41,290 nucleotides of DNA, taken from Trypethelium eluteriae (taxonomy: Eukaryota). Positions 11,806 to 21,384 of this stretch are shown here, piece by piece. Positions within the stretch are counted from its first letter, which is position 1, and every line of letters starts with the position of its first letter. Under the pieces are notes generated by a model. That model saw nothing but the letters and a program-made list of their open reading frames with translations, was not told where the DNA came from and ran no database searches. Made by a program: the position numbers and the translations under genes. The stretch spans positions 1-41,290 of the forward strand of contig JAVECL010000163.1 of the NCBI GenBank assembly GCA_051942245.1, in the 5' to 3' direction.

Positions 11806-12495
11806 AACGTGATAATGTCTGGACTTTCGGATCACACCTATTACTTTATTCGCTACGAACCTGCAGTGCATATCATCGATTGGGTGGAACCAGCTTGCTG
11901 CATCGGCAGCATGTTAGCCTTCTGGGGTCCACCTTTATCTATCGCCATTGTTTCCGCTACATTTGTCAACTTTTCCTTTTAGCTGTACTTTTATCTTGCT
12001 ATCTCCAACGGACATAGGCATAACCACTAGTGTGGTGCGGCGGGTTTCGGCTTTTGTGTATACAGAGTCTTCGGTTGCATAATCCTCAAATCGAAACACG
12101 GATTTGGACTAGGAGGAACAAGCATGGCTGTGAGTACAGTAGCGGAATGTGTGGAATGAGATTCATTAGCGTGGCATAGACAGAATCATTATTGGAGCAA
12201 TACGATGTTTGTGTATGTATAGATAAACGATAAGCTTGTATATATGACCAGATAACCTAATCACACACGTTGATTGAGTCGTCGAAAGGCTAGAAACTTT
12301 TATTTGATTTCGGTGCTTGCTGGTGAAGGGGATATACTGAGCATATATCCTTATGGAGCCCCTTGCGCTCGCCATTCGCGGTTCATGACGTAAGTTAGCC
12401 CGGCCCTTGGAATTTAAAAGTTTGGACGCGTAGGAACGCATAGTGACCAAAAGACCAACACGCTAGATGTACCGAACCTTGTCCTCTCAACGGCT

Positions 12496-13258
12496 ATGAG
12501 AGAGCATGGCAACCTTGATACAACAGAGGCCAATGCTGCGGCATGGCAAGCAGCTCGAGGGGCGGTGACTGGAGCCGCAAGAGTAAGTTGACCTTTCCTT
12601 GCCTATGATCAAGTCCAGATCAGGAAGATGTCCAGTCATTGTACACTGCATTCTCTTCCTCAGTCGGTGTCAAATCCCTTTTCGCACTGTCCATGTAAAG
12701 GCAACAGTGTCAAAACAAAAGAACTTGTTCCTCTACAATAGAGAATAACAAGTGAAAATTCGTAAATGGACTTTGCGTGACAATACTACTATCGCAAAAC
12801 TACTACGACATTGCTAACCTCTTTCCCATCGTAGTGGGGTCTGTTCTGTGGTTTAGCAGGAATATTGGGCTATACTTTCAGCCCTCTATACCGTGGATTA
12901 ACCATTCAATTTAAAGTGTACGTCTTTTTCCTTGCTCCTTGCTCTGAATGCAACCACCAACCTCAAGATTCCACCGTTGAAATCTCACATTATGGACCTT
13001 TGGGGAAAAAGGAAAACAAAAAAAAAAAAGAACCTAGAAGCTAATCGATCTCCCTTTAGCTTCCTCCAGATGTCGGGGATGACAGTCGGCAGCATGATCG
13101 AAGCAGACAAACGCCTTCGCGCATATGAAGTCGAGGTCAGGAGACAGAAAAAGCTAGCCAGGGACGCGCAAATGTGGAGACGATATGAGCAGGACTATGA
13201 GGAGGGAGTAGGGTCGACGGAAAGTGCAGGATCGGCATCTGCGCAGACAAAAAGATAG
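12496..13258 (+). CDS. Small (122 aa) conserved fungal membrane protein, HIG1/Rcf-like and probably mitochondrial; exons 12496-12582, 12835-12917, 13060-13258
   Basis: Spliced product MREHGNLDTTEANAAAWQAARGAVTGAARWGLFCGLAGILGYTFSPLYRGLTIQFKVFLQMSGMTVGSMIEADKRLRAYE... Canonical splice sites keep the frame (369 nt). Family assignment is from memory. Confidence 0.8.
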
Positions 13259-13430
13259 CACTCTATATGAGATCTATCTTGCATTTCTTGTCAAGCTGTA
13301 ATTACTCGTCGTGCATATCTCGTATACGATTGTGTCATCACCATGAAGAGGCCTCATGTATTCTGGGCATCATTGTGTAAATCATTTCCATCCGACTTTG
13401 TTCCTTTGACCCTCTCGTCCGCTGCCATCT

Positions 13431-15047
13431 TCACACCCCAACAACCTCTTCCTTCAACTCGATCCCATACTCCTCCTTCAACGTCCGCAACAATGGCTCA
13501 CATAAATCCCAGCTCATTGGCGCCAGTACCCCTTTCTCCTTTATCGTCCCATCAAAAATCTGCAGAACCGCCACCGCACACGGCGTCCCTACCAATTTCG
13601 CCATGCTCGAATAGCCCTTGGGATCTCCATAATCACACAGCGTGCTCGTCCTCGTCTCACTCGTCCCATCCGCCTTCTCAATCTCAAATTTGTGCTGTAG
13701 CATCACCATATCCCTCTCTCCCGGCTCATACGCACATTTCGTCTCCAACGTTGCACACAGCGTGTCCAACGGCGTTCTTCTCGGGATGATATCAGCGTTC
13801 GAGAACAAGCCCAGCCAGCGCAGTCCCGCAATGACACGACTCTTCTCCTCATTATCTTTGAACTGCGTCTTACTCGAGACGGCCCAGACGAGGTCGTCCT
13901 CGGCACGCGACGTCGCGCCCAGGATCTTCGACGTCGCCTCCGCCCAGCTCATCGGGTGCCCCTCTGGATTCGGCTTCAGGAAGTCGCGCTCCTCCTGCGA
14001 GAGCAGGTCCATGGCGACGAGGGTACGGAAGAACTCGGCAAACCCCTGATACCGCAGCGTGCCGCGGATGATCTTCTGCGCCTCAGGGATGCTGTAGCGC
14101 TCGCGGTAGGGCGTGCTGTCGCGATTTGGATACGCCCAGAAGGCGAATCCTGGGTAGACGAAGTAGGGTCGCAGCGCGTGCATGATCTCGGATCCGGGCA
14201 CCTCTTGGACTTTGTTGGCGTCGTAGAAGCGAGCGGTATTGGTCGATGCGAGAAGGGCACCGCGGGCGCTCCAGGAGAACTTGTATCCCAAAGGATTGCC
14301 AGAGGCTTCCGGGGCAGCTGCATCTGATATGAGCATCTAAGTTGAGAGACTTCAGCGGTCGGAACTTACGCAAGCCGCCGCAGTAGGATAGAAAGGATTT
14401 GATTTTACCACCGGCTTGGTGGGTTTCATGAATTGTCTTGATCGCCCACAGGTGATCGATGCCGGGATCAAGGCCTATTTCGTTCATAACTGTAATGCCA
14501 GCCTCCTTGGCTTCTTTGTCGAGCTCTGCCATAGCGGGAGAAACGTAGCTTGTAGTTACGACATCCTTTTTGTTGCGAATGGCAGATTTGACAACAGTGA
14601 CATGATAGGTATAGGGAATCAGGGAAATGACAAGATCGACTTTTCCGACTGCTTCGTCGAGGGCCTTGTCATCATTTACGTCCAACGAGATGGGAAGAGC
14701 ATTCTTAAGTCCGTGCACAAGTTTCTTTGCACTATCGAGAGTACGACAAGCTGAACTCTATTAGAGCATTACCATGTAGCTTCGGTCGTCTTACTTTACC
14801 AACTGTGACTGAAATGCCTTTATCTGAGAGAATTTGAACCGTTGGTCGGGTGACAAAGCCAGCGCCGAGGAGGAGGACCTTTCTGAGGGCGGAGTCAGTC
14901 GAAGCGGAATCTTTGAAAGTATTTTTGATTTTTCAATGTCGTTCGCGCAAACAAAGACTCTCATTACTCTCTGACTCAAGCGAGGACTCAAAAGAAATAC
15001 TGAAAAACATACTTAGAGGTCGTACGGATTGGTAGCATGGAATCCAT
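13431..15047 (-). CDS. LYS9: Saccharopine dehydrogenase (NADP+, L-glutamate forming) / saccharopine reductase; 4 exons
   Basis: Spliced MDSMLPIRTTSKKVLLLGAGFVTRP...VACRTL...DLVISLIPYTYH...VVTTSYVSPAM...MNEIGLDPGIDHLWA...[23 protein letters not shown]...YPNRDSTPY...RGTLRYQGF...YSSMAKLVG. Confidence 0.97.
14972..14978. promoter_or_regulatory. Gcn4/CpcA-type site TGACTCA inside LYS9 intron 1
   Basis: Perfect TGACTCA at 14972-14978, plus TGACTC on the minus strand at 14892-14897 (overlapping the branch point), in the 130-nt intron 14883-15012. Confidence 0.5.
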
Positions 15048-15524
15048 GGCATTCAATATTTTTGGTTTTTCTGAGTTATCAAGTGCTTATTAGAGGATGG
15101 TATTTCCTTCTTGCAGTGAATTGAAGAGCTGCCAACACGACGGTGACGACTTGCAGTGCTCGACAATGACGGGGATTTGAAAACTATGCAAGGCGCACAC
15201 AGAAAAAGGCCCGACCGGGCAAAGCTTGACGATGTTGAGCGCCGTACCGTGCGTACCTAAGCTGCTAAGGTAATTGTTTCACGGTCCGGCTCGCTAGCCT
15301 ACCTGAGCCAAGCCAAGCATGCGCCTGCCCCTGCCTCCACATCCACGTCCGAAAAGGCCAGAATCCACTTCCACCTCCACTGCCACAGCCTCATCCACAT
15401 CAGCAATCAAATGAGAGACACGCATAGTGCCTCTCCTCTCCTTTCTTGTCCCCTATCCTTGGGTTTCTCGACAGAACGACCTCCAACTCAGTCATAGCAT
15501 ATCATCTCGCTCCAAGATACGAAG

Positions 15525-16830
15525 ATGTCAGCTATGGAGCTTTTCTGGGCTGCGCCGCCGGTGACGAGGTATGCAACGCCCCAGAATCCACTCAGTTCGT
15601 TGGCGGTCTTCTGATGCTGATGACAGAACTATCACAGCAGCAACCGTCGCCCTCTCGCTGTCCGTGTACATGGGTCTGCTTGACTACAGACGGATCATAT
15701 TTTGGTGGCCATGGGTGTTCCAGATCATGCCTCAGCTGTGGCGACTGTTCTCTTCGTTCCTCCTTACAGGACCCAAGCTTGGAATGATCATGGACCCTTA
15801 CTTTTGTACGTTCCTCAATCTCTTCGTCCTTCAAATTTGAAAGGCACCAGCTAACGCAAGAGAACAGTATACACATATGGAGGTTCTCTCGAGACCGAAT
15901 CCCCCAGGTTTAATCAACCTGGCGACTTTTTCACATATGTCGCCTTTCTCTGGGCTGTAATCCTGGTACGCTATGCGATCTCATCTCTTCCCGAGAACCT
16001 CTTATTCTGAGCATTCTTCAACCTCGAAATTTCTGCCCGCTCAGATACAATCACTAGCTGAAGCGGTTCCTGGTATCGAGGAAGATTAACGTCGCAGTCT
16101 GCAGTCCCCCCGGACAATATGCAGCTCGACCATGGTGGGAGCGTTGAGAAAGTCTATACTGATCCCCCCTGATGTATTGGCTGGTTTAGATTCCCTACAT
16201 TACTCGTGCAAGGCCTTTTTTCTTGTCATACCCCTGCCTATCCTCACTCTTCTAGTCCCACCTTGATCTGTCGAATTTTCGATCGCTAATGCTGGACACA
16301 GCTCACCAATGGTCTCCTACTGCCAGGAGTTACTTTTCTACAGTGTGAGTTTTTCACTCTCAACTTTAGTCCATATCTGACCTGATTTAGCCCTTCTTCT
16401 TGGATTCGCCTATACATATTCTCAGGATAATCCAAATCGGCAAGTGACCTTTTTCATCATCACCTTTCAAGTCAAATGGCTGCCCTACGCCATGTTGGCT
16501 ATGACATTCGTGATGGCGAGTCCGACCGCTGCTCTGCACCAAGCGACTGGTCTCTTAGCTGCACACCTCTACGATTTCCTCACACGAATTTGGCCCGAGC
16601 ACGGCCACGGCCGTAACTTGATTCAAACACCCAGCTTTGTAAAACGGTGGTTTGGGGCAGACCAGCCTGCTCCGCGGTCAAGAGGATATGGTACAGCTAT
16701 GCCTGGTCGTCCTCAGGCACAACAGTCAGGCTCCACATCTGTAGGTGGCCAGTCGTCAGGAACCAGCTTTGGCGGTGCTTCTCAAGCATGGGCTAGGAGA
16801 GGGCCGGGACAGCGGTTAGGGGGAGACTGA
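15525..16830 (+). CDS. DFM1: Derlin (Der1-like family, Dfm1 type with C-terminal SHP-box-like motif); 5 exons
   Basis: MSAMELFWAAPPVTRTITAATV...PQLWRLFSSFLLTGPKLGMIMDPYFLYTYGGSLETESPRF...YSQDNPNRQVTFFIITFQVKWLPYAML...GLLAAHLYDFLTRIWP...WARRGPGQRLGGD. Introns at 15569-15626, 15806-15867, 15966-16301 and about 16345-16390. Confidence 0.92.
16020..16202 (+). ncRNA. Intron-encoded box H/ACA snoRNA (5' pocket snR43-like)
   Basis: Hairpin 1: CCTCGA 16022-27 / TCGAGG 16076-81, upper stem CCGCTCAG/CTGAAGCGG. H box AGATTA 16083-88. Insert hairpin 16091-16130. Hairpin 2: GGGAG 16137-41 / TTCCC 16191-95, upper stem AGTCTATAC/GTATTGGCT. ACA box 16197-99, exactly 14 nt after the upper stem. Both pockets are complementary to conserved rRNA sequence as recalled. 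Confidence 0.88.
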
Positions 16831-17700
16831 ATTGCGCCCCCTAACCGATCGATGGTAACTTTGTCCAAAAGAGTTTTGAAATACAAGCGATCTATGCTCG
16901 AGTGACCAAGCATCAATTTACTCCAAAATTGGTAGGAAACAGGTTTTTACGTAGTCTAAGTAATTCAAGACCGTTTTCAAAGGCCTTGAGCCCTCTAGAA
17001 ACACCACAAACGGGCTCAGTGCTGCAATTAATCAATGCTTAGCAATGAAGTACCAGAGGCACAAGACTCTTCTCCACTGCTCAAATGCGAGTCTCCTGAA
17101 TTTGTAGCTCTCCAAACCCGACACCATAGGCTTGGAATCGAGGGTGTAGATTCCTCATTTCTGGCACCATGAGCAGCTAGAGATTGCCTTTATGACCTCG
17201 CTGGAGAGCCGATTGGCGAATCCGGTGTAATACCAGGTACAGAAGTTCAGAATCAGATAGAAGTAAGCCCTGAAGCTTCATATATCCTGGGATAGGTCTG
17301 AGTGCAGAATGAGCTCGAGATGAGCTGTTTCATAGGAGGATAGCACATCCTCAGCACGCTCTGTTGTTCCCTCACTTTCCTCTCAGACCGGAGAAGCTAC
17401 CCCTCCAGCCCTCGGTGCCTCAATGCCCTCACCCCTCACACCCCTGACTCCGTGCGTCTGCGGGGACTAATAGGACTAGGCACGAGGAGAGAGAGGCGTG
17501 ACAGACTAGTCCGCAGCTGGCTAGCTGCGTGGTACCGAGTGGATCCCCGATGACCAGGTTTTTAAGCTTCCCTCGGCCGCCCAATAATTTTCTTCCTTCG
17601 CACCACCAATCAAGAACCTCCCACAGAGGCTCTTCTTTTTTCTCTCGTGCCCAATAAGTCCTCATCTTCAATTTCACTGTTTACATTCACGCTGATCATC

Positions 17701-19691
17701 ATGCCTGGTCAGTACGAGAAGCCGATGGGGCCACCCAGCTCGCGTCCAAGGGGCAAGCGTCCCAGACACACTCCGCCGAGGCGCTCTCCGCCAAAGCATG
17801 GTCAGTCTGGACGTGGTAATCCGGGACCCAGGTACACCCCTCCAAGGTCCACTCCACCACGCGGTGGTCTTGGCTATCGTGGTGGGCGAAGCCCTGAGAT
17901 GAACTACAAGCGAAGTCGGAACCAGGCGCCCATTGAAAAGGCGGAATCCGTGGCTGGGGAAGACGACGAGGATCGCGGCCCATCTGCAGTAGCTAATGAA
18001 GAGAGCGTCAAATACGGCGGCAGCGCGGATCTCTTGCACGACCAGGACAAGAGTATGTCACCTATGGCTTGCCTCTTATTCATGACCCACTAACATTTTG
18101 AAACCCAGTGGTAGTAAAGGAAGGCAGCTTCTATCCACTTGAACATTGCGGTTTCACTCCAGATGCTCGCCCGCTGGCCCAATATCTTGACTACGGCTGC
18201 ATCAATCTCGACAAGCCAGCAAATCCCTCAAGTCATGAGGTCGTTTCTTGGGTTAAGAAGATCCTTCCAGGGTATGCCATTCTGACCTCCGAAGAATTTA
18301 ATTTGTATTGGCTGACAAGACTTGTAGGAAAAACCTCAAGACAGGCCACAGTGGCACACTTGATCCAAAAGTGACCGGTTGTCTGACTGTTTGTATTGGT
18401 AAAGCTACCCGCCTTGTCAAGTCTCAACAGCGTGCTGGCAAAAACTATATCTGTGCGATGCGCCTCCATGAGAGGCTCGCCGATGGCAAGAACCAGATTC
18501 TTCGCGCTCTTGAACAGATCACGGGTGCCGTCTTTCAGCGACCTCCCATCATCTCAGCGGTGAAACGTGTGCTTCGAGTGCGTACCATCTACAGCATCAA
18601 CTTCATCGAGTACGTACCCGAGCGTAAAATGGTCATTTTTACGGTGGACTGTGAAGCTGGCACCTACATTCGTACCCTGTGTCTTCATCTTGGATACTTG
18701 CTCGGAACCGGAGCTCACATGCAAGAACTTCGTCGCATCCGCAGCGGCAATATGTCTGAGCAGACAAACCTGTCTACTCTTCACGACTTGAAGGAGGCTG
18801 TTTTCGTGGCATTGGGGCGCAAAGATGAACGACATCTCCGCACAGTTGTCATGCCCTTGGAAATTCTTCTCACTCACCTGAAGAGGATCGTGATCAAGGA
18901 CACTTGCGTTGGTTCAATTTGCCATGGTGCGAAACTCTCTGCCACCGGCATTGTACGCTTTGGTAAGCTTTCTTCTCCTCTTGCACTGCGTGATAGATCC
19001 AGAACTGACTGAGGGCACTACAGACCTTGCAATCCAAGTCAACGAAGAGATCGTCCTGGTTTCGGTGAAGGGAGAAGCGGTGGCCCTGGCTTATGCCAAA
19101 ATTGCTGGGCGTGATGTTTTGAACGCTGGCCATGGACTGGTGGCTACCCTCAAGCGCGTGATCATGGACCGCGAGATGTATCACAAGAGGTGGGGGATGG
19201 GAAAGATGTCCCAGGCAAAGAAACAGATGAAAGAGATGGGTCAGCTGGACGTAAGTAAACCCAGCGCTTTGCACCTCTACCTCTCCCGGCTTTATTCTGC
19301 TTTATCCATTCTGACCTCCTCGCAGCAATACGGACGTGTCAATGAAAAGACCCCAGTGCAATTAGCACGCTTGATCGAAAATGCCAGTGGGCCACCATCG
19401 ACTCCAAGTCTTCCCGCTGTATCAGTACCAGTGATGCCCAACCAGTTGCCGCCGGCATCATCATTCTTCATGTACATCACAAATCCAGCGTTGCCTCAGA
19501 ATACTGCCACGGACGGTTCAAATGCCCAGACACCTTCCCCAAACACCTCGATGGACATTCTTCAATCGCGCTTCCCTTGGCACCCTCAATCCGGTGATGA
19601 CCCCAATGGCCTGCTCTCTGGTTATTTCAACGAGCGTATCTCCCCCAAAGCGCAGAAGCACACTGAGCCAAAGCGCGGCAAAAAGAATTGA
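17701..19691 (+). CDS. CBF5: Divergent Cbf5/dyskerin-family H/ACA pseudouridine synthase (probable paralog), 580 aa; exons 17701-18052, 18109-18271, 18328-18962, 19024-19250, 19326-19691
   Basis: [33 protein letters not shown] (catalytic Asp present), [45 protein letters not shown] region [27 protein letters not shown]. Four canonical introns give a continuous 1743-nt frame. Confidence 0.93.
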
Positions 19692-21384
19692 TACGACCCT
19701 TTACGTGGAGAGCTTCCAAAGATTAACGACAGAAGCTTTTCTTCCTCGGATGACTTTCATAAACAACTGTACCACCACATGTTCTTTTTCTCGGAATGAC
19801 CTAATGACACACTTGCATGGCGTTCGGATCGAATACCCAACTGAAGGTCACACTGGTCAATGCATTTAATGGTTCCTTCTCAACTGGCGCTGCGGTATCT
19901 TGTACTTTTCGACACAGCTACTAGAGATACACGGCTCCAGCTATCGGCACTGATTTTTTTTTGTATCATTATCACCATGTCGGGCTTTTTGATAGCCCTG
20001 CTGTCTCAGGTAGCACTGCCCTGTCACAGCCGTCTCCTTTGTTCCACATGGTATGCCTTGCCTACTCAAGCAGCACTACTTGTTTATACTTGCTTCCCCA
20101 AGTAGCAGCACCACATGGTCACACTTGCCACCTCAAGTAGCATATAAATATGAATCAACATATTGAAATGTTGAGAATGAGTCTTCCAACTGCTTTGTGA
20201 TTGTGACGCGTCGGTTGCCAATCTGCACGATATGTTGCCATGACTGATTGTTGAAAATTGAAGAGAAGCTGATTCAGTAGACTTGGAGGATGGCCCAGCC
20301 GGTGCCAATGCTGCAGAAGCTTTTGTCCGATACTGATACAGAGCCTCGCCAGGGCACAAGCGGAACGTCGAGAACCTTGACCACAGTCTCAGACCGTCAC
20401 GGAGTTCCTCCTTAAAGTGCAAGTCATTGGATAAGGATACAGTACACCAGATGAGTCGCGAGCTGCTGAGGGTTGTCCAAGATAGGTTGGGTTTGAGCAA
20501 ATAGGATGTAAGGTCCAATGGCTAACTGCTAGTTGTTATCGCAGGAGACCCGAATAACTCGCTCGATCAAGCACAAGCAGCTGAAGAGGGGATAAGTCGG
20601 CTTCCAAAAGAAGAAGGATTATGTCGAACTGTTGCAAGGAATACCTATTTGGTACTGCTCAATTCGATGAGAACGATTGTAATCATTACCGTCATTAAGC
20701 TGTTTTAGGAAAGGGGAAGTGAATTTGAAGCGGCCGTTCACAGAAGTCATCGAAGGGAGAGAACCCCGAAGTCTCTGATATCTGAGAACTCTCCATGGAA
20801 GGACGTTGCTTATACCTGATCGTAGGAATTAGGGCTCCGAAGGGGGGGACTAGCATGAGATTGGCTTGGGACTGGAAGATGAGGGCATCACTAGATCCGC
20901 GATAATATTGTATCGGCCTCTGATCATTTGTTTCATGATAATGGGAATATGTCCTATCGTTGGCTGTAATGCTCATTGCCACCGCCACAACCTGTAACTT
21001 GGAGCAGGCCGGGGAGCGATGTTTGAACAGAGAAATCCAAAGGAAGTGCAGTGTACCCAACAGCCAGGGACAAGAACTTCTTGGACAGCAGTATGGACGA
21101 ACCTCGTGAGGGTTTGTGGCGTTCAAGAGAAAGGCAGGTCTACTGGAATGTGGCTTAGTCGTGTGTCAGCGTCATGACTTGCCACGGTCAGAAAAGGTTG
21201 TAATCGGGTCAGTGGTAAGAGCAAGGATTTTTCTAAGTCTGTCTGTGTTTCTACCATGTACTGTCTTCGTGAATTATGATGCCAAATGTGCCGCGAAGGG
21301 CGAGAAACCAAGATCCCAGCAAGGAAACCTTTTGTGCATTCCAAGCATGTGGAATGCATCAACAGATCCGTAAGTAGATGGAAT

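Noticed and set aside
16813..16847. TTAGGG/CCCTAA words as telomerase RNA template or interstitial telomere
   Set aside because: Single units, one of them inside coding sequence. No 1.5-repeat template or pseudoknot context. Kept only as a hairpin observation.
17317..17326. PAC-like motif GAGATGAGCT upstream of the CBF5-like gene
   Set aside because: Single copy 375 bp upstream. PAC function is established in Saccharomycotina, not clearly in Pezizomycotina, and there is no convincing RRPE.
20084..21126. Minus-strand ORFs of 144 and 143 aa
   Set aside because: Non-ATG starts, no recognisable domain and no convincing splice path. At most decayed sequence.
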